From assembly GCF_001194135.2 (NCBI RefSeq), contig NC_068983.1, forward strand, positions 147,271,033 to 147,335,032: 64,000 nt of DNA, written 5' to 3'. The notes beneath the pieces are model-generated. The model did no database searches. It was not told where the DNA came from and saw nothing but the letters and a program-made list of their open reading frames with translations. Source of the DNA: Octopus bimaculoides. Taxonomy: Eukaryota. Shown here in pieces: positions 1 through 13,326 of this stretch. The first letter of the stretch is position 1. Every line of letters starts with the position of its first letter. A program made the position numbers and the translations under genes.

Positions 1-38
1 ATATATATATATATATATACATATATACATACATATAA

Positions 39-300
39 TCATACAAATAATATGTAAGTATATGCATATATACGTACATGTATGTACATACCTACATCTA
101 CATGTGTATATAGATGCATATCTGGGAACAGGACGTCACAAAAAAAGCGTGGACAAAATGAAAAACAACATAAACAGAGCACAGAAAACATGACAGGAAA
201 ATGAAACAGTGAAAATAAACAAGAAGGGCTATAAGGCCAGACGTGAAAAAATATCTGTATACTGAACGCTGTGATGTGACGAACTGGAGAGAGAAGAAAC
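39..300 (-). repeat. Interspersed repeat family X (probable Penelope-like terminal sequence), copy 1
   Basis: Homologous to 2115-2450, 5930-6030 and 44700-44975 (tatgcatatatacgtaca...gcatatctgggaacaggacgtcac). Confidence 0.6.
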
Positions 301-621
301 TTCGTGCTAGCTTGGCTATGGCCAAGAGAAGAAAGGAAGCAGTAGCCGGTCACATTTGACCAACGAGGGGTAAGGTGAGAGAGTGTTAGAGAGAAAAAAA
401 AGGGGGAGGAAGTTGAACATAGGCGAGCAACGAGAGGCAGGGAGGAAGAGAGAGAGAGATAGTAGTGAAGAGGTGAGGCGAAGAACAACAGAAGGAAGAA
501 CGAGAGGGGGAAACATACAAATATGTATACATGTATACATATATATACATATATATACATACATATATATACACACATATATATACATGCATATATATAC
601 ATACATATACACACACACACT

Positions 622-653
<32 letters not shown>

Positions 654-845
654 CGGCACGGGAGTGACTGTGTGGTAAGTAGCTTACCTACCAATCACAT
701 GGTTCCTGGTTCAGTGTAACTGTGTGGCACCTTGGGCAAGTATCATCTACTATAGCCTCATGCCGACCAAAGCCTTGTGAGTGGATTTGGTAGACGGAAA
801 CTGAAAGAAGCCTGTCGTATATATATATGTGTGTGTGTGTGTGCG
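654..845 (+). mobile_element. tRNA-derived SINE family 1, 5' part ending in a microsatellite
   Basis: gagtgactgtgtggtaagtagc...ggttcagt head and gtggatttggtagacggaaactgaaagaagcc body shared with 28702, 34455, 39355 and 52338. Confidence 0.8.
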
Positions 846-908
846 TGTGCGTACGTGAATTTATGTATCCTATTTTCCACATAATAACTCTTTCCATATT
901 ATTTACAG

Positions 909-1015
909 GTAAAGTGGACACATGGAAAAAATGGTTAACGGTGGAACAAAGTGAAAGAATCGATGCAAGGATCCAATCAGAATTCACGGATCAAGGAATC
1001 ATTTTTAATTTTTGA
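909..1015 (+). CDS. Terminal coding exon of an upstream cytosolic sulfotransferase-like paralogue (rest of gene lies before the window)
   Basis: Acceptor atttacag at 901-908. Phase-1 exon reads (G)KVDTWKKWLTVEQSERIDARIQSEFTDQGIIFNF-stop. 107 bp, 6 nt differences from 30852-30958. Contains the KxxxTVxxxE SULT dimerisation motif. Confidence 0.9.
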
Positions 1016-1156
1016 CTCATGCATTGATGTTAGACATTTTCAAGTCAAGTAAAATCATGCAAAAACATATGTTGCCAGTTCAAACTTCTTTATTGGTTCG
1101 ACGGTAATTTCTTAAGCTCTACGTTCTTATAGTGTAGTTATGAATCATTGAATTTC

Positions 1157-1162
1157 AATAAA
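1157..1162 (+). promoter_or_regulatory. Candidate polyadenylation signal of the upstream SULT paralogue
   Basis: AATAAA about 140 nt after the stop; the homologous position in gene A also has AATAAA (31089-31094). Confidence 0.55.
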
Positions 1163-1603
1163 AAAAATGCATATTTATTGTATTCCGATTTTTATGTGGA
1201 ACCCTAAGAAAGTTTCCTCAAATTATTGTATGTAAAATGTAATATCCGATTTTGCAAATGAACTCCCTCCAAACCCAAACACCCGTATTCAAACAATTAT
1301 GCCTTTTGTTTTGTTTTTACATAAATCTAACATTATTTTTTTATACACCCCTCTAAAAAGAAAAGAAAATTTACATATGGATATCCATTAAGAGATGGCT
1401 CAAAGTGTTTTCATACCTCTTATCGAAATGATGTTTCCGTAGTAATCTCCTTAGTCTGTTGAACTGTATCGCTATTAGACGTGGTTTCAACAAGCATTAT
1501 TTATCGAATTTTGTGTTTTTGTAAAATGTAGTAATCTTCATGAAAGCACCCGAAACAATCTAATAACAGAAAGGAAACGTAGGTGTAACTGAGCACTACT
1601 TGT

Positions 1604-1721
1604 TTCCAATTAATACATATGTTTCAGTATTCAGCAATACATAACGTTACATTATAGTTGCAACCAATAGATACAACTTACAGGGCCAACATAGAGCAGT
1701 TACATCGTCAGACAATTGAAA
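1604..1721 (-). ncRNA. Decayed minimal hammerhead-ribozyme-like motif
   Basis: Minus strand: CTGACGA ... GAAAC-ATAT-GT-A with palindromic stem III (ACATATGT) and about 9-bp stem I; stem II weak. Confidence 0.3.
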
Positions 1722-2014
1722 AAGAAATATAAGCTAACCACTAGTAGTATCCAAATTTAAATACAATGAAGGGATACGCCAGATGGGAGTGGGTAGTTAA
1801 ACCGATCGGCATAACCACACAGTGGACCGGTGTTCGTAATGGTAGGGATTAGGGATTAGGTCGCCTGCACTTGACGATTCACGGAGGAGGGGAAAGGTGA
1901 CGGTGGAGGGTAAAGAGGGAAATTTAACATCTGGTAAGTTAAATGAGTATAATAGAAATCGTCTACGCCGTCACAGTCTGGTTAGCCCCCATATATCCGT
2001 GCAAGCACACGCAA

Positions 2015-2098
<84 letters not shown>

Positions 2099-2114
2099 CA
2101 TATATATATATACA

Positions 2115-2450
2115 CAAAAGTAAATGAGTATATGCATATATACGTACAGGTATGTGCATACCGACATCCACCTGTATGTATAGGTGCATATCTGGGTACA
2201 GGACATTGCAAACAAACGTAGACGAGAACACACGAGCCACATAGAGAACATTCTACTTCTTCAGCTACCCACGTTTTAACACCGGCGTTTCGACGAGCTT
2301 CGGGCAGGACGCAACGTTAAAACGGCTCGTCCCATGGATCGCAGATTAAATCTGTATACGCAAATTTAATCTAGCCATGGAGGAATGTAGTGGCGGACAA
2401 AAAACAAGACAGGAAAACAAACAGAAGGCTTTACGGCCAGACGAGAATAT
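2115..2450 (-). repeat. Interspersed repeat family X, copy 2
   Basis: Close reverse complement of 44700-44975. Confidence 0.7.
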
Positions 2451-2518
2451 ATACACACGTGTGAATATGTGTACATACTCATACATACATATGTGTACAT
2501 TCACACAGACACATACAT

Positions 2519-3348
2519 ATTCGAGGTGATTTCAACCAGTTCCCAGACTAGTTCTGTAGCGCGCCAACAGATGGCAGCACACGACTGCGTGCGCTGTGAG
2601 AGCTAGCAGTGATCTCTATAAGGCAATGTGCCGAGTATCATCGCTGTGTTTAGTTTGCGAGTTGTGGAATTTGTGTTTTTGTGATCACGTGTGTGCTGTA
2701 GTTTGCGATTTTTGTTACTTGGAACAAAGAACCAACTTGGGAAGTCTGCTGCAGAAACATTGAATATGCTTCAGCAAGCTTACAGCGATGGGCCGTACGC
2801 AATGCTCCAAGTGCATGCCCATCGTTTTTCTTTTACATCTGCGGTATTGTGCATGGAGAATTCGTTTCCCAGGTCTAGACCGTCAATTCAAGAGTTCTAC
2901 TGCGATGTTTTGAAGCGTTTGAATAAGGATATTCGGTGAAAGTGACCGGATCTGTGGAGCGCGAAGAATTGGATTCTTCATGATGGTAATGTACCCTGTC
3001 ACTCGTGAGTTTCTTGCCAAAGACAATATAGAATCTCTTCCGCACCTGCCCTATTCACCAGATTTAGCACCTGCGAACTTCTATGTCTTCCCCAAGATGA
3101 AAATGCAGCTCAAAGGTCGCCGTTTTAACATTATTGTGGAGATGAGGAGCGATTCACAAAAGTTCCAAGACTCGCTTACGGAAAATGACTTCCAGACCAG
3201 ATTCCAGAAATGATAGGGATACTGGGGGCCGGTGTATTGCTGCGCACGGTGACTATATCGAAGGTGATGATGTTAAAACTTAGGTAAATAAGTTATTTTT
3301 TTTTTATTAAACATAACTTTCCCGGAAACTCCTTGATACTACTTTGTA
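2519..3348 (+). mobile_element. Internally deleted, frameshifted mariner transposon
   Basis: HTH fragment LGKSAAETLNMLQQAYSD; catalytic C-terminus PHLPYSPDLAPANFYVFPKMK; degenerate TIRs (tcgaggtgatttcaaccagttccc / cccggaaactccttgatactactttgta). Confidence 0.85.
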
Positions 3349-4177
3349 TGCGCACAGACATACGGGTGCAATCACAAATACAAACATGTGTAGAAACACC
3401 CGAATACCACTCCCCTTGCCGATTTCTGTGATTTGGCCAAAACAACCCTTTTGAATACTACCGGTCAAATGACCGTACTTAAGTTCCTTATTCAATCTTG
3501 CTTTCTTCACGTACACTTTTTTCTCCCCCTTGATCAAAAATATTTCCCCACCCTCTTCCCACCACATTATCTTATTTTCAAATACCATTTCCCTTCCTAA
3601 TTTCTGTAATTCAGTCAGAATAGCCCTATTGAATACTTCCGGTCAACTGACCTTGTTTAAATTCCTCATTCCTCTCACTCCCTTATATTTTATTTTTTTC
3701 TCCTTTTAATACTTATTTCTCTCTATATTTATATTCTCCTCCCCTACTGGGCTTTTTACATTCTGATTGAATCTTCCATGCGTTAACGTGTACCTCCTTA
3801 CGACAATGTGAACTTTCATCTAATTAAGATATCCTTGGCCTGAATATATCCTTGGCCTGCGGTATACATCTCGCTTAGATATTTACCACTTCCAAGATTA
3901 CGCTCGCTATGAAACATATGTAACCCGGATCTAATCTACTCCATTCCGTAACTCTTGTAGTCTTATTCGCACACCCGGCAACCCTGGTCGCTTACCGGGA
4001 AATATAAAATTAACTTTTTTCAGTTTATCGTACGTCGATACGAAAAAAGTCCACATCAATAAACTAATATTGTCCCTGAAAGTTGTTGTATATTTACTAC
4101 GGATTGCTTAAAGCTAACTTTCTTCCTATACCTCGATCCCTGGATCTTACATTTATATATCACTTGTTCCTAATCTA

Positions 4178-6030
4178 GTGAACGCTAACTGTGTTGAAGA
4201 CACGGAAATGGAGAAAATTAAATTAAACTTGTCGCTTAAGGATATCCATCTTACTAACAAAACCGAGTACATGAAACTCATAATTCATGCTACGAAAGAA
4301 TTGATTCGACAGATGCGATGGAAAGCTTTCTTCTCCCTCTGCAACTCTACTACCAACTCTGTTAACCTAAGCCATCAAGCCCTACTCCGCAAATTTAGAT
4401 TCCACAAAAACCCACCTCCTAACCGACACCTCGACAATTTCGAGCAAAACGTTACCAATATGGTCAAAACATAAAATTTAAACCCAAAATGAAAGCGACC
4501 AAACTCCACCTAACCAAAATCGATAAGATTATCAAGAAACTTCAGATATACCCAGGAATCCCCGTCCACGCTGTTAAGACAGGTAATTTATACAATGTTC
4601 TCCTGGACAAATACCCAGATTTAATACCCAAACAACTACAGAAGTGTACTTCATTTCGCTATAAAAGAAATCTATCGCAAAAATAGAGATCCCGTTTTTA
4701 AACTTGGACTTCGGAATAGAACCGAATCTTCCACACCTCGCCCACCCCGTATAAGCTTAAAAGATCACAAAGAAAAATTCCCAGCCAACCCCTCCGTTCG
4801 CCTCATTTATCCTTCTACCTCCGATATAGGTAAGCTCAGTAAAATTATACTCGATCGAATAATACCCCCAACTTTCCATCACATCTATATTAAGAACTCT
4901 GAACGCAAGCCACTGAAACTATCCAGTGGTTCAATTTTCTATGCCCTAAGCACACCTTTAAATTTATACAAGTCGACATTAATCAATACTATTCCAGCAT
5001 ATCTGCTATCCTTCTAAATAACGCCCTAATTTTCGCCAAAATACATTCCAACCTATCTCGCGACGATATTGATATTATATTAGCATGGGAAATGCTGGGC
5101 CCGCAAGGATACACCCAACTCTTTCGATATCCCCATGGGGCCCAGCGACTCCGCTCAAGTTATGGACCTTGTAGTTCATTACCTACTTAATAGTCTCCAC
5201 GAATATTTCCGTAACATTTCCGGTGGTCTATATAGAGACGACGCTCTGTTCGCAATCCAAAATTCTAGCAACCAATCGAACAGACTAGAAAAAGCTGAAG
5301 AATTTTCTTTTAAAAACGTCGGCCTTGGCGTCTTCTGTAACAACGTTAAAACTGCCATGCTCCCTTTCTCAGCCGTAAGTAAAACATTTTTCTTTCATCG
5401 ATGATTAAGCTGGGCTATGTGAATGAGTTTTCACCGCTTCTTGTACGTATCAACAACTAGGAAAACAGACAAACTGTATTTATTTCATACAATCATCTCA
5501 TTAGTATACTATCCGCCAGGCAATAAATCAAAGTGGTATGCCTCTTAGGGCTCGAAACTCGTTCTTCTCAATTAGATATTCTATATGATACGTAACCACC
5601 AACACTTTTCCTTCCCTCGTTTTTCACCCCTCTCTCTCATTCTCTCTCATTCTCTCTCTCTATGTTTTTATCCTCCTTTGCTCTTTCGTTGCTCACACGT
5701 GACCATCAGCCATCTTTCTTTTCCTAACTTGAATTTCTTTCTTTCCTTGTGATCAGCTGCAGGGATCAAACGCATTCTTGTCTGTCTTTTATCAAAGCTT
5801 GTTCCACCAGCGTTCACCACCTCACCTCATTTAGGCTTAGCAGCCCTTCCTGTTTGTTTTCACTGTCCTATTTTTGTTACCAACTTTGACCCTCCGCAAA
5901 AATCCCAAATTTTATTTAATTTGCTTTGCGGGAGCAACTGTTTTGTTGAAGGCGTATCTATATTGTTTTCGTATTTCATGTTGTTTACATTCTGTGACGT
6001 CCTGTTCCCATATATGCATATGTATATACA
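4178..6030 (+). mobile_element. Degenerate Penelope-like retroelement (RT with Naiad/Chlamys-like N-terminus) plus 3' terminal sequence
   Basis: Frameshifted peptides LSLKDI..YMKLII..TKELIRQMRWKAFF, KLKDHKE..PSVRLIYPS, MGPSDSAQVMDLV, GLYRDDAL (RT YxDD); ends in a family X repeat. Confidence 0.7.
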
Positions 6031-6887
6031 TATATGTGTAAGTATGTAAATATATGTATGTATATATGCATATATATATATATTTATATTATATATATAT
6101 ATATGTGTATGTATGTATGTATGTATATATGTACGCATATATTTTCATTCACATACATCCATACACTCATACACATGTATATGCCATGCATAAATAAGTA
6201 AATAGTACATATATAAAAGACACGCAGGCACACACAAACACACACACACGTTATAATCCTGATTTCAACACAATGAATTTTGGCTTGGCCAGTACGGTGC
6301 AAAGATTTACAAGAGGAAAAATAATGATTGCTATTAGAACATGTGTAAAGGTCAAAGCTGTAGAGTGGAAACTTAATTAAAACTAATATCAAATTAGATA
6401 AAGAAACAAAGATAAAGGAATCCTACCAAATACTGGCTTAGAAATACATAGGAATCAATGAACCTAAGAGAGCACAACAACCAAATGAAACAGAAATAAA
6501 GGATGGAATATATAGTGAGACAGTAACGTTATACAAGCAGAGCAGATTTATAAAATATGCCTCTAGAACAAAAAATATATCCTGTTAAGAATAATGAAAA
6601 CAATGTAAATAGTTTCAAGACGTGAACGAAACAAAAGCAGAATCTCTGTTCTTAAGGAATACAATAAATACGAAACCAAGACTGAAATGATAGATGGTTA
6701 TAAAGAGAAAGGTTAAACAATATAAATTGCGTAAATACTATACGTCCAATACCAGGAAAAGAAAAGTCAAAGCCGAAAAGGATCAAAGCCTTTCCACCAA
6801 AAACCATCGAATTCTTAAGTAAAGAATTCTATAGAACTATAGAATACTATAAACTCTCTCCTATCTGGCAATTTATTCGGCAGTAAT

Positions 6888-7150
6888 TTATCGAACTGTT
6901 TCACAAATGATCGCAAAGCATGTAGCTGTGTGTGAGTGAACTGAAAATGCGTAAAAAAAAAAAAAACTTCTCGAATTATGTATATAGACACTTGGAAAAC
7001 TTATCACCATCTCATTATCCATTATCACATCATCTAAATATATCCAGAGTCTAAAGAATGATAACATTAACAAATCTGAACTCCTCAAATTTATTATAAG
7101 ACATGCTTTCCCCAGCAGAAGGTGCAAGTTTTGCCTCTCGGTGTAGAATA
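6888..7150 (-). mobile_element. Possible second decayed Penelope-like RT fragment
   Basis: FFRLWIYLDDVIM resembles the W-x-R-Y-x-D-D RT core. Confidence 0.3.
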
Positions 7151-7639
7151 ACAGCCGTTTACAGTATCAGAACAAAAAAAATCAGAATTAATGAATAAAA
7201 ATCAGAATTAATGAATCTATAGAGACATTTCCAATGATATTTATTGGAGAATTTCGAAATAGTAAATGCTTAAAATAGTTTTACACATATGTCACTTCAC
7301 ATAGACTGAAAGACTTTTTCCTATTGGAAAAAATCAAACAAACATTCAGTTACTTATCAACACTAACACTGCATTAATTATAATAATCTATGCTTTTGTG
7401 AGAGTTGCACATATGACGCTGAAGACATGAAAATATCACATGTTTTTGCATGTGGCTATATAAATACGACACGTATTCTGCATATGACTATTAAATAGAC
7501 TTTAGTCTGTTTTTTAAAATCTTGATCACGAGTTATATTTCAAGGTGTTTGCGAATACTTGAGCCTATTTATTATCATCGTTTGAATTATCTGTAATACG
7601 AAAGGCAGAGTAACTATTCAAGAGGCTCTAGATATTTAT

Positions 7640-8470
7640 ATTATCATTACGAATATTGTTAAAAAGTCAAAACAATATTGAAAATCCCAATGCGCTCTTT
7701 TGCCTCCTCATTCATGTCTGCGCTTATACACCTTTTGTGTTAGTTTACTGCACTTGCTCAAAAGGTGATTGATACTTTCGTCCCCTTTCCTGTAGATTTT
7801 ACATTTGCTATCTGACTGAGTTCTGTCGATCTTTGCTTTATCAGATTTATCCTAAAGGTTTGTTCCTAAGCGGTTATAATTAGAGTTTCTTCCTCTCGTT
7901 TCAAATTCCTGTCTGTCAGCCAGAGCCAGCAATCTTTACTTCTAATATTCTCGGTCTGTCGCAAGAATTAGCCATGTAGGTCCATTTCTTTCAATGTGTT
8001 TGTTCTGTTTTGCTTCCTTTTTTCTTTGAATTCTCCTATTCTTTCAATCACTTTTTGAGTATTTCTCGCTGCCAAGAGTTTCCTTTCTCTACTTAGCACA
8101 ACATAAATTTTTATACCAATTATCATAGTATTAATTCTGCCTTCTGCGTTAATTAATCTGCTGTCACCTTCTTTTCTTGGTAGAGTCGGTCGTTGTAACT
8201 GTAAGCAGCTTTCTAGTTCTTCTGTCCCCATTCTGTAGCTCGACCTTTGTCCATTTCAGAAAAGAAGCAGATTATCTCATTGCGGGAATAGTCCCTGTAT
8301 TTATGGCGTTAATGATTTTCTCGCTTTTTAATTTTGTTTCGAGCACCTTCCTAATTCTCCTCTTGTACTCTATAGTAACTTACTCTCTCATTTCTCCATA
8401 CATTATCCTAACTTCTTGCAGCACTTCTACATGTTTATGCCCTTCCTTAACCAAAAGTTTCATATTCGCT
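7640..8470 (-). mobile_element. R4/Dong-type non-LTR retroelement fragment (RT C-terminus and zinc knuckle)
   Basis: Manual translation gives EYKRRIRKVLETKL..IINAINT, KWTKVEL..DRRTRKLL, LPRKEGDSRLI, WL..RNLKREEETLII, and KC..YRKGDESINHLLSKC..YKRRH; multiple stops. Confidence 0.7.
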
Positions 8471-8479
8471 TTGTAATGC

Positions 8480-9540
8480 TTTTCTTTTTTTTTTAACAAA
8501 AAGAAGAAAATGCTGCAACAACTTGCGAAAACATTTGTGAAGTTTATGGTGACGCTGCTGTAGGTGAATCAACTGTTCGAAGGTGGTTTGCTAAAGCTAG
8601 ATAGTTTCGTTTGGAAGATGACAGTTGCAGTAGAAGACCTTCAAAATTGAATGAAGACATTCTGAAGGCAAAAATCGAAGAAAACTCAAATATCACGACC
8701 AGAGAACTTGCAGATGAGTTGGAAGTTTCTAAAAGTATGGCTCCTGAAGACCGGGTGAAGCTAGGATACATTTCTTGCTATTTATGTATGGGTCCCTCAC
8801 AAACTCTCAGAAAAGAATTGCTTAGACCAGTATTCTGTTTGTGATACACTTTTGAAACAGAATGAAAGTATACCTTTTTTGAAACAACTTGTGACTGGAG
8901 ATGAAAAATGGATTGTGTACGAAAACAAAGTGCGAAAAGATCCTGGAGTTTGAGTAAAGATCTCCCAAAACAGAAAACAAAGACGAATATCCATGCCAAA
9001 AAAGCTATGCTTTGTGTTTGGTGGGATCATAAAGGTATTATTTATTATGAGCTTCTCCCAGAAAATCAAACCATTAATTCTGATGTGTACTGTCATCAGC
9101 TAGTTAATTTGAACCAAAAAATAAATGAACTGAGGCCGAAGATTGCCAACAGAAAGTGGGTAGTATTCCAACAAGACAATTCCCGACCACATGTGTCTTT
9201 GGCTACCCGAACAAAGTTATATGAACTTGGCTCAGATCTCTTACCCTATCCACCATATTCTGATCTCGCGCCATCTGACTACCACTTGTTTGTGTCCCTA
9301 CAGAACTCATTGCAAGGAAAAACATTTAACAGTTTAGATGGAGTCAAAATGCATCTAGGTAACCATTTTCTTCAAAACCAATCAAATTTTATATTGATGG
9401 AATATTCAAACTGATAGATGGGTAAAGGACATTAATAATAATGGAAATTATTTCAGCGAATAAAATTTATTAAAAGGTCCGTTATTTATATCCCTTTTTG
9501 CATATTAAAAACTGCTCAGAACTTCCCAAACAACCTAATA
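8480..9540 (+). mobile_element. 5'-truncated mariner (Hsmar1-like) transposon pseudogene
   Basis: EVYGDAAVGESTVRRWF, WIVYEN, KAMLCVWWD, FQQDNSRPH, YPPYSDLAPSDYHLF; 3' TIR ends caacctaata (reverse complement TATTAGGTTG). Confidence 0.9.
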
Positions 9541-10438
9541 CATGGGAGATTCTTGAGCCAGACACCCTGGACATCATCTTGTGTATAATAATATAAAAAA
9601 GAAGATCAAGAAGGAATATTATAGGAGAGTTTGAGCTGTTATGAAATCTGAGCGAAATGCACATAACGAGGTGTTAACCATAAATTCCTTTGCAGTTCTA
9701 GTTGTTACAACTTCAATGTCAGCTAGTCATGCTACTTCAGGCTGATAACGAGCAAAAACTCAGAAACATGTCCCTGAATGCAGGCTGGGCTGGGTGAAGG
9801 AGTTTGTCTCCCCCTCGCAAACATAAGGTCACAGGAAATGTGTCAAGGCCGACAGGAAGTGGTCCAGCTTCCTAGGGCTAAATAATAGTAGTATATTCCC
9901 TTATTGGGACTGTCACGTTAAGTTGGCAGTATACAACTACTTTATCGCATCACTACTGCTTGAGTCTCTCTGAGAGATTTAGAAATGTATTATTTCTAAC
10001 ATATATNNNNNNNNNNNNNNNNNNNNNNNNNNNNNNNNNNNNNNNNNNNNNNNNNNNNNNNNNNNNNNNNNNNNNNNNNNNNNNNNNNNNNNNNNNNNNN
10101 NNNNNNNNNNNNNNNNNNNNNNNNNNNNNNNNNNNNNNNNNNNNNNNNNNNNNNNNNNNNNNNNNNNNNNNNNNNNNNNNNNNNNNNNNNNNNNNNNNNN
10201 NNNNNNNNNNNNNNNNNNNNNNNNNNNNNNNNNNNNNNNNNNNNNNNNNNNNNNNNNNNNNNNNNNNNNNNNNNNNNNNNNNNNNNNNNNNNNNNNNNNN
10301 NNNNNNNNNNNNNNNNNNNNNNNNNNNNNNNNNNNNNNNNNNNNNNNNNNNNNNNNNNNNNNNNNNNNNNNNNNNNNNNNNNNNNNNNNNNNNNNNNNNN
10401 NNNNNNNNNNNNNNNNNNNNNNNNNNNNNNNNNNNNNN

Positions 10439-12740
10439 CATCATCGTTTAATGTCTGCCTTCCATACTAGCATAGGTTGGACGATTTGACTGAGGACTGG
10501 CAAACCAGATGGCTGCACCAGGCTCCAACCTGATCTGGCAGAGTTTCTACAGCTGGATGCCCTTCCTAACGCCAACCACTCCGAGAGTGTAGTGGGAGCT
10601 TTTACGTGCCACTGGCACGAGGATCAGTCAGGCGGTACTGGCAACGGCCACGCTCAAAGTGGTGTTTTTTATGTGCCACCTGCAACAGGAGTTAGTCCAG
10701 CGGCAGTGGCAATGACCTCGCTCGAATGTTTTATCACATGCCACCGGCACAAGTGCCAGTAAGGCGACGCTGGTAACGATCACGCTTAAATGGTGCTATT
10801 TACATGTCACTGGCACGGAAGCTAGACAGCTGCTCTGGCAATGAACACGCTCGGACGGTGCTCTTAACGCTCCACTGGCACAGGTGCCAGTCATCGAATT
10901 TGGTTCAATCACTTTTTCGATTTCACTTGCCCCAACAGGTCTTCGCAAGCCGAGTTTAGTGTCCAATGAAGGAGAGGTTGGCATGGGTGCCATTCGTCGA
11001 ATTTGGTTCGATTTCGATTTCACTTGCCTCAACAGGTCTTCGCAAGCAGAGTTTAGTGTCCAATGAAGGAAAGGTACGCATAAGTAGGCTGGCTACACCC
11101 CTGGCAGAGGCCTCGGATTATGGTCTCACTTGGCTTGCCGGGTCTTCTCACGCACTGCATATTTCCAAAGGTCTCGGTGACAAGTTATTGCCTCAGTGAG
11201 GCCTCATGTTCGAAAGTCGTGCTTCACCACCTCATCCCAGGTCTTCCTGGGTCTACCTCTTCCACAGGATCCCTCAACTGCTAGGGTGTGACACTTTTTT
11301 ACACAGATATCCTCATCCATTCCCGCCACATGACCATACCAGCGCAATAGTCTCTCTTCCACACCACAACTGATGCTTCTTAGGTTCCACTTTTGTCTGA
11401 AGGTACTTGCACTCTATCGAGTATGCACACTAACATTACACATCCATCGGAGCATACTGCCTTTATTCCTTGCGAGCTAACGCATGTCTTCAGCAGTCAC
11501 GGTCCATGTTTCACTGCCATGTAGCATGGCTGTTCGTTNNNNNNNNNNAACTACGTCTAGTTTTTCTCCCTGGAATGTGGTAGAAGTTGTTTTCTGCACA
11601 TTTTCAGTGTTTATTGCTCCTGAGCATCTGCCACATACAAAAACTAACTTCCTAGTTAACCTTCCTTTGATATTGCTGCACCTCTTATGTGTCCATAGCT
11701 TGCACTGAGTGCATCTTATAGAGTTTCTACCTACGCCTTTTCTACAGATCGAGTAGGGCCATCTACCTGAAGGAGTTTGTGTTTTTTCTACCTTCCTACT
11801 TATTAGGACTTTGGTTTCAGCTAGGTTGACTCTAAGGCCCTTCGATTCTAGTCCTTGCTTCCAGACCTGAAACTTCTCCTCTAGTTCTGATAGTGACTCG
11901 GCAATTAGCGCATGGTCATCAGCATAGAGGAGCTTCCAGGGGCATCCTGTCTTAAATTTCTGTGTTATTGCCTGGAGGACTATGATAAATAGGAGGGGGC
12001 TGAGGACTGAACCTTAGTGGACCCCTACCTCTACCCGAAATTCTTCAGTGTACTCGTTGCCAACCCTCACCTTACTGAGAGCGTCCTTGTACATGGCTCG
12101 CACAGCTCTCACTAACCATTCATCTATCTCTAGTTTCCTCATTGACCACCAGATAATGGATCGGGGGACCCTGTCAAAGGCTTTCGCCATGTCAACGAAA
12201 GCCAGGTAAAGAGGTTTATCTTTGGTTAGGTATTTCTCCTGCAGCTGTCTAACCAGAAATATAGCATCAGTGGTGCTTTTCCCTGGCGCGAACCCAAGAT
12301 GCATCTCATCTAGATTGACTCTCTCCATAATAAGTTGGGCTATGACCCCCTCCGTGACATTCATTACCTGGTCCAACAACATGATACCTCTAATTATTTT
12401 TATCTAAAGCGTCACCTTAACCTTTGTAGCAGTTGACTATGGTGGTGCTACACCAGTTATTTGGTATGACTCCTTCATGTACGGGTGACTAGGCTATAGC
12501 TGACACTGCCAGATATTTTGAGCATCTCTGCCGTGATTTCTGATGGGCCGGGGGCTTTCCCTGTCTTCATACTCTTAATTGCTTTATCTACCATGGTACT
12601 GTCAACTCGGATAGCTGGTCCCTCTGTTGGGTCGACATTCGGCAGACTCTCTTTCTCCCATTCATTCTCTTTATTGAGCAATCTTTCGTAGTGGCGGCTC
12701 CAAACCTCTCTCTCTCTTTGCAGCGACGTTTAGTGCAAGT
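10439..12740 (-). mobile_element. RTE-clade LINE, 3' half (RT, thumb, 3'UTR with about 50-bp tandem units, (GAT)n tail)
   Basis: GFAPGKSTTDAIFLVRQLQEKY, YLAFVDMAKAFDRVPR, VGVH..GSVLSPLLF, LLYADDHAL, AMLHGSETWTVT; stops and frameshifts. Confidence 0.9.
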
Positions 12741-12789
12741 GAACCATCATACATGCGGACATATGTATGCATATATATATATATATATA

Positions 12790-12949
12790 GTTTAAAAAAA
12801 ACAATAACAAAAAAGCAACAAAGTGAGGACGTGATACGGATAGTGTTATTGGACGCTCGGGAAAGGAAAGAGAGAGTGCATGACGTTTCGGGCGTAGCCC
12901 TTCGTCGGAAAGATGGAAAGTTCGGAGAATGGAAAAACGGAGAAAGAGG
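12790..12949 (-). repeat. Short Penelope-type terminal repeat carrying a hammerhead-like motif (12882-12908)
   Basis: Homologous to 54860-55040; minus strand CCGACGA-A-GGGC-TAC-GCCC-GAAAC-GTC. Confidence 0.6.
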
Positions 12950-13326
12950 NNNNNNNNNNNNNNNNNNNNNNNNNNNNNNNNNNNNNNNNNNNNNNNNNNN
13001 NNNNNNNNNNNNNNNNNNNNNNNNNNNNNNNNNNNNNNNNNNNNNNNNNNNNNNNNNNNNNNNNNNNNNNNNNNNNNNNNNNNNNNNNNNNNNNNNNNNN
13101 NNNNNNNNNNNNNNNNNNNNNNNNNNNNNNNNNNNNNNNNNNNNNNNNNNNNNNNNNNNNNNNNNNNNNNNNNNNNNNNNNNNNNNNNNNNNNNNNNNNN
13201 NNNNNNNNNNNNNNNNNNNNNNNNNNNNNNNNNNNNNNNNNNNNNNNNNNNNNNNNNNNNNNNNNNNNNNNNNNNNNNNNNNNNNNNNNNNNNNNNNNNN
13301 NNNNNNNNNNNNNNNNNNNNNNNNNN

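Noticed and set aside
39-2251. Many ORFs rich in YI/CV/HT dipeptides here and elsewhere (e.g. 13421-13868, 33851-34194, 52250-52808)
   Set aside because: Translations of (AT)n, (GT)n and (GA)n microsatellites, which lack stops.
8611-9414. Possible active or domesticated mariner transposase
   Set aside because: In-frame stops, frameshifts and a missing 5' end; none of the three mariners is intact.
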